From the NCBI GenBank assembly GCA_002633005.1, contig NMRA01000260.1, forward strand, positions 499,292-563,291: a stretch of DNA of 64,000 bases, read 5' to 3'. Position numbers and translations under genes: made by a program. The number at the start of each line of letters is the position of its first letter. Within the stretch, counting starts at the first letter, position 1. This DNA is from Phoronis australis. Taxonomy: Eukaryota > Animalia > Phoronida. Below the pieces are notes generated by a model, which made no database searches, was not told where the DNA came from, and saw only the letters and a program-made list of their open reading frames with translations. This document shows positions 50,501 to 60,771 of the stretch, one piece after another.

Positions 50501-51337
50501 TGTAAAAAGTCTCTTACGTTGAATGTTGAAGGTCTGAACAATGTGTTTGTGCAGGCGAATAGGCTAACGCCATATTGTCCTTAATTGGGAGTAGTTGTTA
50601 GGGGTATGACGCAATCGCTTTTTATATTATATAGGCCTATCTGTAGGCGTTCTTGAACTTCCAAGAGTGCGGCACGAATGTGCGTGTCTTGTTTTCCGAA
50701 TGTTATTTAAGTAAAACGAATGCTAAGTCTGTAGTGAGAAATAAATGTTCCGCCCCAAACCATGACCTAAAATACTGCAGTGGGGTTTCACATCATATAA
50801 TTCTCGTGATTTTGCAGAACATTGAGTCCCGTTTAATTGAAGGTCCAATGTCCAGTCGATGCAGAAATACGGATGATCATTGGGTTTTCTGACATATATT
50901 TCTTCCAGTTTTGCTAATACCCTCGAACTGAAGTTGCTAGCAATAGAATTTCGTTACTGTATCAGTCGCTTTACATGTTCATTCAGACCCACGACCTTTA
51001 ATAAAATGGACCTCTGTTTAATTCCTTTTCTCAGAAAAACGGCAAAAGTGTCCAACTAAATGAATTCCCTACCAAGGAACAAGACCAGGAAGTAGACGAA
51101 GCTAACAGGAATGAAGAGAAACCAGGAATCTCGGACAATCCTGCATTGTGCGTCATTGGCGACCGATTGAAGCGCATTGAGGATGCAATGTTGTCGCGAC
51201 AGCTAGCGGAGGACGAGCAAAGTGCTTTGGACGGCGATTGGCGTAAACTTGCTATGGTGCTGGACCGACTGTTTTTGATTGTGTATGTGGTAATTTGCGT
51301 GATCGCTGCCTTGGCGCTTTTGTTAAAACGACCTTAA
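29543..51337 (+). CDS. Gene B: nicotinic acetylcholine receptor-like (Cys-loop LGIC) non-alpha subunit, paralog of gene A, 10 coding exons, 467 aa
   Basis: join(29543-29591, 32283-32425, 36691-36735, 37464-37573, 39442-39583, 43494-43587, 46412-46548, 47075-47243, 48681-48892, 51035-51337) = 1404 nt, GT-AG, open frame. Exon phases match gene A and exons 1-8 have identical sizes. Many synonymous differences from A indicate purifying selection. Confidence 0.95.
32283..32425 (+). CDS. Gene B exon 2
   Basis: 143 nt, tttgtag|TGGCT...TTG|gtacga. Confidence 0.93.
33446..33591. mobile_element. MITE with CATGGGCGGCG TIRs and 5-bp TSD (cattg/catta)
   Basis: 11-bp perfect TIR; internal direct repeat ggggg..tag..c.ccacttttttcagtgc. 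Confidence 0.75.
35697..36339. repeat. ~640-bp foldback (long inverted repeat) element in gene B intron 2
   Basis: aatcgccgcacaaatgaaaaagttcacattgattcaac pairs with gttgaatcaatgtgaagttgttcattggtgcggcgatt, and pairing continues inward to a ~22-nt loop near 36035-36056. Confidence 0.85.
36691..36735 (+). CDS. Gene B exon 3 (VQNVQMLTVKAWIRL)
   Basis: 45 nt, tttcag|...|gtgagt. Confidence 0.9.
36750..37062. mobile_element. Composite MITE inserted 14 bp after the gene B exon 3 donor
   Basis: tagtggcggatttag...cttggattcgcccctg; nested (c/t)atgcgcgca...gcgcgcatg element. Confidence 0.7.
37464..37573 (+). CDS. Gene B exon 4 (YWYDASLTWN...WLPDIVLFN)
   Basis: 110 nt. Confidence 0.95.
39442..39583 (+). 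CDS. Gene B exon 5 (first part of Cys-loop)
   Basis: 142 nt, CPLDVTYFPFDKQ. Confidence 0.95.
41340..43020 (+). mobile_element. 5'-truncated, degenerate non-LTR retrotransposon with RT + RNase H + CCHC (I-group, Ingi/Nimb-like) in gene B intron 5
   Basis: DLTKAFDKVW, GVPQGSIIAPTLF, INTTKTE, PTYLGV, LQWIPSHC.I.GNEEADRL, CPCG...TPEHLLQSC, (GAA)n-like tail; many stops and frameshifts. Confidence 0.9.
43494..43587 (+). CDS. Gene B exon 6 (VCHMKFGSWVF)
   Basis: 94 nt. Confidence 0.95.
44010..45500. repeat. Degenerate tandem array (~110-160 bp units), each unit with a GCCACCTRGTGGCA-like core; possibly a Helentron/DINE-like non-autonomous element
   Basis: Cores near 44129, 44237, 44368, 44496, 44621, 44761, 44922, 45068, 45214 and 45449; recurrent tggatttt..tgaaattt; N at 45296. 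Confidence 0.6.
45552..45712. mobile_element. Palindromic MITE
   Basis: gttgaagacaagactgtact...ggcagctt pairs with aagctgtc...tgtacagtcatgtcttcaac. Confidence 0.6.
46060..46166. mobile_element. 107-bp MITE with perfect 15-bp TIR
   Basis: cacttgattgacttc ... gaagtcaatcaagtg. Confidence 0.65.
46412..46548 (+). CDS. Gene B exon 7 (loop C, pre-M1)
   Basis: 137 nt, KRTVDSYNHTNEKFPDLTFSLHLERRSLY. Confidence 0.93.
47075..47243 (+). CDS. Gene B exon 8 (M1-M2)
   Basis: 169 nt, GEKIGLCVTMLVALSFIMLLMADKMPPTS. Confidence 0.95.
48681..48892 (+). CDS. Gene B exon 9 (M3 and MX helix)
   Basis: 212 nt, cag|GAGAG...CAG|gtaagt. Confidence 0.93.
49195..49843. mobile_element. TIR element containing a nested MITE (49430-49746, TSD taaat/taagt)
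   Basis: gttgataaaaacaacgatgaattcaaat ... atttaaatccatcgttgttttttatcaac. Confidence 0.55.
51035..51337 (+). CDS. Gene B exon 10 (MA helix, M4, stop)
   Basis: 303 nt, DWRKLAMVLDRLFL...LLKRP*. Confidence 0.93.
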   Translation, partial: KNGKSVQLNEFPTKEQDQEVDEANRNEEKPGISDNPALCVIGDRLKRIEDAMLSRQLAEDEQSALDGDWRKLAMVLDRLFLIVYVVICVIAALALLLKRP

Positions 51338-54300
51338 ATTCAAGAATGTAGATGGCTTTTCTCAAAACCCTGGTTTTAAAGAAGTTGTAGTGTTAAGGTT
51401 ATGCAAATTCATTTATGGATGTCTCAGAAATGTGTGTTTCATGCACAATTCTGCAAACTTTTTTAGGGATTGTTTTAAAATATCGCAATTTTGCGTGTCA
51501 AAACATGACTTTTGTAACTTCTAGGAAGAAACTAAAAGTTGGATAAAGGAAAGAGAAATGATATTTTAAAAAAGTGTAAGATTTTTTTCTTTGATTTTAT
51601 CTGAAAAATGAAACTCAAATGAAATTTTGCTATGATTATGCCTTCTTTTTTGCTAAATTTTACTAAAAGATAGGGCAAGGTCATCCAGTTAGTGACAGGT
51701 TTGTATTAAGTCAAAGATTAAGTACTGCCGTCTTTCTGCTTTCAGAAAAAAAAATAAACTTTACGTTACTAAAATCTGTAGTACTGTGGGATAGTTGACG
51801 AAACGCATAGTCTTGTTTATGAGGTTCTACGTGACCATAACTTTGCCGGGAGCGACCCCTGGTAGTAAGTAATGTAATACAAGTGTTGCAAGTTATATTC
51901 AACGCGACGTTTGTGTGCATTTTGTACGCCTCGTATCATGTTTCACTGATGAACAGCGGTGGGACCGAGGACCAGTTTGATGCCCGTTATTCGTCAAAGA
52001 AAACTGGTTATCAAAACGCGGCACGTTTTATCCCCCGTCATCCATTTCCTTACACTTTGCATACAGTCTGTAGACTACAGAACGTTCTTTTAATTGAAAT
52101 TTTCTCCACTGTATCATAAACGGCTTCATCACTGTTTTTTTAATTTTCTATTTGAAACGGAGTTGTGCCTTGTTAAAGCTATAAACAGTCTCACGTGCAC
52201 TGGTATACATTTACTTCCTTCTTAGTGTAAAACACTACTGAAGTATTCACAAATTAAACCAAAACAGACCCAACCTACGTACAAGCGAGACAGTTATGAA
52301 GTTGCTTGAATCAAAAACAGTAGTTGAATTGCTATCTCTGCAGTTGGGTGTGTATTGATGTAAACTTTTCTTTTCGATTTGTTTTACCAATGTGTATTGC
52401 CATTGCGTGGCTCTAGTTATAGTGTACTGAGGCGTGGTAAAATGTGATAGCTTAACCTCGCTTAAATCGTCATTGCTTGCATACCGGTAGTCGTCACCTT
52501 ACCCTCGATCTTGTGCTCATAACCAGAAATGCGCATGATCCGCCGCGTTTATGAGTCTCGAAGGCGAAGATTTAAGCGAGGTGCCTGTAGCGTGTACTAG
52601 ATTAGTTACTTGTCTTGAATTTTTTATATGTTTGTTTTTATCCATACTGCAGGCTGCATTTTTGATCCCATGAACAAGAAATTTACGCGCATGTGTCTTT
52701 GATTTGCTTTGTGATATTGTTGTGTTGAAATCGGACGCAAGATGGTGGTGTGGTCGCCATTTTCAGTCTGGTTTGTGGAGTCATAGCTCCATTCTTTTAG
52801 TGGGAAGTTTTCTTAAATCTAGTTTGTGTGTTAGTGTGCTACGTCTTGCCGTGCTTGATTTATTCAGTTTGTTCCGGTGACTGATCTCTGTCTACGTTTT
52901 GAGTCGTATCTCTGGTGTCCCTGGAGGGATATTTTTGAAATTCGTTAAGTGGGTCGATCATCTCAAATGCTGTCATCTGTTTCTCGCTTCCACTTACCTT
53001 TCTCGAGATTTTCTGTTCAGATGACTTCTTTTATTCAGTAGTCCTCTCTTCACTTTTATAGTTCTGTCGTACTCGACCGCATTTCTCGTCCTATTGATGT
53101 AATATTCACTGGCAACGTGTGCCTTGCCAGTAGCTCGACATTAATTGTTTTTGTTTGAAATCGGACGCTGGAGAGCGCTCTGGTGGCCACTTTTTGCTTT
53201 GCGGAACCACACACGTACATGTAGCTGCCCTGTCCTTGGAGGACTCACGACAGAGGTCGCATTTTTCGTCTGATCGAAAGGAAACTTATGCAAACTGCTT
53301 ATCTCACGAAAAGCGCGTTGCTTATCGTTTTGGGGCGAACTCGGATATGAGATGGCGATCTGAAAGCTTTCTTGAAGTAATTGCTTATAGAGCCCTAACA
53401 ATCGTTTGGGGGATTCTTTTGTAATTAGAAGTGTTGATATATCTTTTCAATACCAATCTGTACCTAACTGCCATCAGTTTCTCGCTACGACGTTCTGTTT
53501 TCAAGTTATGCGAGAGTTTCTAATTTGGTGACTATATTTTATTGCCAAAATTCTGCAGTGCACGTTTGTTGGCTTAACGCTAGTGTCACGTGTGTGAGGG
53601 TGCCGGTCGTTGCTGTTCTCAATTTCGTCGTCGACCTCACTTCTAACTTTTTTCATCCGACTTCGCCAACTGTTGCTCCTCACAGCGCTTTCATTTCAAA
53701 CCTTGCTAGTTAAGAATGGTATTGCATATTGCGACGCACCAGGGCAGTATATTGAAATAAATTACCCTTACGTGTATCTCTGTGTTGAATTTTGTAGATT
53801 AAGAGTGTGGTTGCAGCAAGCAACATTACAATCCATAGAAACTGAAGACACCTTTTCACTGAGTAATAAACGTTTGTGCCAGTTAAACCATCTTGTTGCT
53901 ACCTCTTTTACATGTACAGTTGTACGTGTGAATAATTATTTACATGGAAAAATATAATACATAGTGCCATTCACAAAACACACGTGTTGGAGATTTCTGC
54001 AAATACAACTGTATCTGTACTGCAAACTGAACTCATGGATCGACATGTCGCTTTGGTAACCTCAAAAGCGTGGAACTTTTTACAGTTTGTGTTTTTTAAA
54101 CATCCACCCGTTGCCTACAGATGAAGAAGTGCGCTCTTTTTATCATGGGTTGCTTTCATTGTTATTCTGAAGTACGACATCTCAAAATCCTTTGCAACGT
54201 GACATACATGTATGAGTCTATCGGTAAAAAAGGCAGTGTTATTGAAGTTTGTGAAAATCATGCCTTTCCACTTTCCCTGTAACCTCAGAGCCGAATCAGA

Positions 54301-54435
54301 AAATGAATAAAATCAGAAGGCAAACAAACTACTATTGTTATGCACTATTGACGAAAGCGTTTTTTTTTCTTGGTCGGGTCACAAAAGTTACATATTTTAC
54401 AATTTTGCGAACGCTTTACAATGTGTCTTTATTTG

Positions 54436-57400
54436 CAAGAGCTCACTTCTCTCAACGAAAACTGCCTCGTCGTTACAGTAGTCTTGAACTCCACATGTGG
54501 GCATAAAAGCATTGTTTCACCGCTGTATGTAGCACAACCCTCACTCATAGTCTTTTGTGATCTCGGACTGTACTACTTGCTGCCATTACCTGTTCTTGTA
54601 TATGTAGTTGTCAAGGCAACTATTTCTTATATTAAAAGTATACCAAACCCGGTTTTAGCCTATTAACAGATACACGTATGAACAATGACGTTCCCATTTA
54701 GCTCCCTGAAGCAAAATATTGCACTGTAACACTCGACAAGCCTCAAATGTTCCGAGCACAATTTCAAACTTCTTAACTGGCTGGTCGACGCTTTAGGGAA
54801 TTACCTGACCATCGTTGAGAAAGACCACCAACCAAGAATCACCGTGACCGTATTGGCAATATCCTATATGCGACACAGAGAGCAGGAGTTTTTGATCGAG
54901 TCCTACTTTTATTAATCAGATTTTTAATGCGAGATGTATTTATTGAAGAACACACAGAGCATACAAGAAAATAATGACAAACCCAGAAATCTCAAAGCAA
55001 TATACACCTGTACAGTACCTGGTTTGTAGACAAATCATAGATGAAAGTAGAATGCATAGAACTATATACTTGTAAGTAGTATCTAATATAAGTACATTTA
55101 TACAAATATTTAGAGATGCTATTACGAACATATTAAAAAGAAAAACATATACAGATATGGAAATCAGAGGCAACAAGATTCACAAGCGATACTTAATATG
55201 CTAACATTGCTGAAGAGGAATTCATTGAGAAAAAGGTTGACGTTTGGACACAAAAGAGTGAATTTCTCGGATATTTGATGGGGGGACAATTGAAGAAAAC
55301 ATGACGATAAGATTGATGGTTACCACATTTACAGCTTGGAGAGACATTGCTAAAGTTGTATCTAAACTGTAGGACTTCTGAATGCTTGAATGAACAACGG
55401 AGGATTGCAAACGGGGCGAAGGACCTCAAACTAGTACATGTACGATGGCTTTTCTAGTATATAGATCAAATAATTTTTGACAGAGGCATTGTTGACATTG
55501 TTAAGTACTTTTAAAGTAAATGAAGTCATGTGAAGTTTACGTCGAGTAGACAGTTTGGGCCACTTGAGACTATTCAAAACCCTAACACTACTGGGTCCCC
55601 CTAAGCTCCAGTTACGAGTAAAACAGCTTGGTACTGTAATTTCTCCAAATGCTTGAGTGCATCATTGTTGGTAGTGTGATATATAATAACACAATAAGCG
55701 ACGTGAGGAAGTGTAAAGGATTTAAACAGTACTTCTAAATGTGTAGAGTTCTTAGAATGAGAGACAAGATTAAGTGGATTAATTAGTTTCTGAGTATCTG
55801 TAAGGGCTCCCCAACGTGAGGTGTTAACAAGCGTTTTTCATCTAACAGTCTGCTAAGATGTCTGTGCGATTTTTTCTAGGAATGATTTCATCGTTAAGTT
55901 TAAGGCCATAGGAACTGTCCACAAGGAAAAGAGAATTATTAGATTGGGAAAAGGTGAGGTCAACGCTTTTTCTGGTTCAAACTTCACTCTCCATTTTTGT
56001 GACTAATAGGTGAGCTTATTCAAGTCGTGTTGTAGCTCCAAAAAACTCTCAGCGCTGCCCCCTACGAAGGGGTAAAAAGTGCCGTGTCATCTGCATAAAG
56101 GTATTTTCTACATGACAGGTTATCAGGAAGGTGATTAATACAAACCAAGAAAACTGAGAAGAGGTACTAATACGTTACCCTGCGGTACACCTGTGTTTAT
56201 AAACCTAGGAGGGGATGGTGTTGAAAGAACACCGTCTACACAAACACTGCATGTACGATCATAGAGATGTGAGGTGATCATATTTAAGATCCTCAGGCAT
56301 AAGAAACAAATCTAACTTCAAAGTAGAAACCATCATTTATTGCATGACAGTTAGTTGTCAAGTCGACAAGAAGTTATAACTCGCATGCAAGTCCAATACC
56401 AGGCCAGGCAATTTCCGTTTACACATCTACGGGTTGATCCACTCCTTCAACTCAGTGTTGGTTAATTTCAAATCCAATAATTTGCAAAAAAACATAACAG
56501 GGAGATGATATACAGAAATGCCTATCTACACTTAAAAATTACTGGGGCTACATATGGGTGTCTTACCTCTTATTATCATAACAACATTATCGCCCTCTAA
56601 GAAGATTCAAAACTAATAATCAATCTACACAATAGAGGGCGCCACATGTCAACAGAAAACTATTAAGAAATAATATCAAAGACCAGATAACTAATACTAA
56701 TCAATTTCTCAACGAAACTAGAAAGAAGATGGCAGTAATGATTCCGTAATCCATACTGGTGTTATGGAAACAGTAGTCAGACACGTCAGTAACCTGAACC
56801 TGCATAGCATGATACTATGTATCTCATTCAATGCCTGCGAGAATAGTTCATTTGATCTGTTACCATACAGGGAGAAACATTGCCGAACCAGAGAAACTCG
56901 TTCTATTCGAGGCACCCAATGGATAGCCGTATTTAACAATAAGTATTCCAATGCTTATTGACATTTCAAAAGTGGTTAAATGAATAAGGTGGTCTGGCAA
57001 ATATGGGACTCATTTTGAAACAACGAAATGATATCAGAAGTTCTCTTACAGATAAATAAATAGCAAGTTCTAAATTTAGTCTTAGAACATTTTCACCGAA
57101 GGGAACAGCATTGGCTTCAGCCAACACTGCTTGCCCGAGGTTCAGATGATCAGATATGACAGAGGAATTGGTCCTCATACGTTTTATCATATGGCCACTC
57201 TAATTTTTGTCTCGTGTTCTTACATGCGCTGATGTATTGACCTTTCTTATTATTACCTCACGAATATTACGAGGAGATCCAAAGCGAGACTAACGCTGTT
57301 CAACTACTTCCTGTTCACAGGTCATGGAACTTCCTCTTCGCTGGCTGACTGTGACCTTACATTGTTCCAAACATAACATTTAGCTTGTTGGAATATTATT

Positions 57401-60400
57401 GTAAGAAGTCTTCTCAATCATCTGGCCAAAGAACTCCTGTGAAGTTGCACAATAATATTATTTAACACCTGAAGCACAAGGTGGTTCATTTTTTCTTCAG
57501 TTTCTATCTCGTGCCTGATTACCTGCAAACAGTCATCAGAGAGTTAGGGCAGACATATTTGATAGTGATATTGTCGCTGGCCCTGACCAAAGTCATTCTT
57601 TTCGAAAACTAACATGGCCAACAGGGGGTGTTATCACTGCTATGAGCCAAATGTACGTACACTGTAAATTCTAATGTCTTGATAAAAATAATTTGACTGA
57701 GTAATAATGCACTGGATAAGTCTTGTCATTTATTGAAAACCATCGGTATGATATCATTCATTCACAACAGGGGCCTCTGGAGTTTGCTTAAAACAACTGT
57801 CCACAACTGATTTACTGAGCCAGTCATATTCCAGGAAATTGGAGTGTGTAGACAAGTGATTTCCTTGATGTGCCTAATGACTCTCCACATGTATTCTCAA
57901 ATTGGCTATTTGTTAGGTTTTTCTTGTTTCCTCAGAAATGGAGGGATGTTCAGTTTTGAACCCTTATCACTGAGTATCTTATTAATTAAAATCCTTTCAT
58001 CAGCCATCACACTGCCCCCTTGTTCTTTTGCAGTCAACCCCGGTTTGGTAATAGCTAAATCTGATATTGAGCCAATGACGATACAAATTTAATGGAGCCA
58101 AGCGGTGCTATACCGACTAGGGCATTAAGGCCGTGAATAACATTTTAAGTTTGTCAGCAGTGAGCTTGGCCGTAGATTTGCCCAGGTCAATATTTTACTT
58201 TCTGTTGCTACTGAGCAATTGACACGTTCTGACAAGTTTTTCTCCAGCAATCCTACCTCTAAGGCTACACAAAAACGAAAACAGTTCGTCAAGTTCTAAG
58301 TGTGCACCCAGGTCTGTCAACTCTGCTAATAACTTCCAATTACAACAATTGGTTACATACTATTCACATAATTGTATACAAGCGTGTACTAAGACTTCTG
58401 ATTTTCTAGATCCCAAATGGCGAAATTTGTGCGGCCTTCTAGTTAATGAAAATTGTTATTCCATGGCCAGTTTGGACAATGTTGCTGTATATCGGAAAAC
58501 ATTGTACTGGGTTTTAGCCGATCTTCTGGGGCCAGTTGCTAAAGGCAGAATTTCAAACACTTAGCAGCACACAAGAAAGGGGAAGAGCCATAGACAATGA
58601 TAACGCAACACAGGCTTCGGTCGCCATCAGAACGACACTTGTTTGGCAATTGACCGTGATGAAGTGCATCTTGTCAAAGATTTTATAGTTTGATCTTGTT
58701 TAGTACTTAACGGCATAGCCGGTGTCAAATACTGATTGATATGTAGGGACTGAACCTTGACCTACGACCACATCATATGATTGCACTATCTAGCGTCCCA
58801 CTGGCTGCAACAGGTGGAAAGTGCCGGTGTCGCGTGAAATTTCAGAACAAAGATGTCGTTTAACAAAAATTATGGCTACAATAAAATGGCCACTAAACGT
58901 GAACGCATGTCCCGCAAAGAATTTTGTTATCTTTGATGTACAAGAAAGATTAGGGTTTGTGAACAATCGCGCTCTGTGTAAATAAACGCCGAGTAGACTT
59001 TGACAGGACTTTCATCGATATATTGATAACGATAACGAGGACGATTGGAATTGAAAGCACAATTTTGGAGAAAGCTTTCACTTCTTCCTGTCCTGTTTAC
59101 AAATTGTAAAATTTCTTATTTCTTAATATGAATTTACATTTCTCCCACCGGAAATTGTTCTCGTAGTTATAAAGGAAACGCATGCGTAAGCAGATGCTTC
59201 GTGAATCTCGTGTTGGTGAAATTGAAAATGTATTTTGTTTACTGATTATATCCTGTGCAGACTTACATGCGGCGTAATGTTTTGGCGTAAAACATACAAG
59301 ACGATACAGTATTTTCTCCAGTTGCAGATAGTTTCTGCACTGACATATCACACTGTCTGTAGAAACGGTTTGTGCGCCGGACGTTTGCGGTAATTTAGTT
59401 TAATTTCATTCAATTTTTATTTTACATTACACCCCGTTTGCTTATGAACTTCTTCAAAGACAATAATATTGAAAATACACAAACCGTCGCGACTATGGCC
59501 CAGAAAAGTATTGAAAAACACGCAAGCAGTGCGGGAAATTAGTCGAGTCCCTATCTGGACTGGATCGTGCAACAGGGCACAGACTTGTTTAGCAGCGAGG
59601 GAGTGTGGATTTGTTGACAGAATGTGGTTAGACAGTAACTTTCTTGTGTTGTTTTGTACACCTCAAATATATTAGACATTGGGCGACAAATTACCATTCC
59701 GCGGTCATGACGTGTAATGACCCGTCATGACACTACTACCACTAATACTACTTTTCAATATTCTAGCTGCCGTAAATATGAATTCCGCTCGCGCTCAGCC
59801 GTCATGGCAAGGAATTCCGGATCATTTTGTCTGATTATATTTGGCGTGTAATTTACACCAAATAAAATGGAAATTGAAAATGAACGAGTAACCAAAAATC
59901 TCTTTAACTTCGTGATTTCTTCTAACTTCATAATTACCTATACCATTCTTGTATTGTTGAGGAAAAGGAAGATTATTTTACAAGGTAAGCAACCTAAACA
60001 TGTCAGCTAAAATGTGCGTTTGATCTAAGAGACGCACCTGTAACGACAAGGCAACATAGCCACAACGACAAGTTTATTCGAGACATGTTCCTGTCGCCCG
60101 TTGAACTCTTTGATTCCTTAATTCAAAGTTGATCTGGTTTTTATGCGCTGGCAAAATAGCCAATGGCTTCTACGACTTCATTAAACTTGTATCAGATTCG
60201 GTTAAAGAATTATGTAAAAAATATCGGCTGCTGTTTTGACCACATTAATCCGTAGATTCAATGCCGCCAAATCATTTGGCGTCATTGAATCTTGCCATCA
60301 ATTCCAGAAATTTAAAACAATTTCATATAAACCGAAGAGCGAGATAAAGTTTTTCTGTGGGACATGTCAGTCGGCTAGAACACTAGTAATAACAATCACG

Positions 60401-60747
60401 GGTTTCTGCACAACCTGCGTTTCAGTTTATTTGCCGAAGTTGCAGTCGCAGTCGCGCTTGTAGTGAACGACTTCATACACAGACAATACAAAAGAATCGC
60501 CAAAATCGCCGAACTGCAACCGAAGTTACGCAATCTATTCTTTCCGAATACACTTACTTTGAGTTTGACTCACTGCGTTCACACGTGGTCTGAAATACAT
60601 GTAAGCCTGGGTGGTAGATAATTGGCCTACTTGCTGTCGTTACAGACAAAAGAGTGTGCTTGGCAGTTAACTAAGAAGCTGGATAGTATCACACGCTCAG
60701 AACCCCCTACGTCTGGTAAAGACCCTGAACGGGAAAGCGCTGTCATG
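54436..60747 (-). pseudogene. Paralog C: truncated relic of a third nAChR-like gene (intact exon 1 at 60038-60086, probable decayed exon 2 at about 54436-54619)
   Basis: About 58440-60480 aligns colinearly with 19800-22220. Exon 1 reads MSRINLSLWLCCLVVT with a G|gtgcgt donor. The putative exon-2 relic reads VALTT...*...EG...LREVS in one frame with a stop. No exons 3-10 were recognised. Confidence 0.75.
54936..58340 (-). mobile_element. Degenerate CR1-like LINE in paralog C intron 1
   Basis: Minus strand: GVPQG (~56190), YADD (~56090), LQHDLNKL..SQKWRVKFEPEK, C-terminal CKCG..H.FFNCP, 3' AATAAA; internally deleted; 5' boundary approximate. Confidence 0.8.
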
Positions 60748-60771
60748 TGTTGACCACTGGTGATACTGAGT

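Noticed and set aside
3684-51337. Assigning a gene symbol such as CHRNA7, CHRNA9/10 or CHRNB
   Set aside because: No vicinal cysteines, so not an alpha subunit, and too divergent to establish orthology without a phylogeny
52400-53700. Repeat-like region with a duplicated TTGAAATCGGACGC and several short ORFs
   Set aside because: No termini, TSD or protein motif could be identified, so it cannot be classified from the sequence alone
54440-54520. Minus-strand frame TCGVQDYCN resembling a Ly6/three-finger C-terminus
   Set aside because: Preceded by an in-frame stop and lacks the other cysteines; the region is better explained as a decayed exon 2
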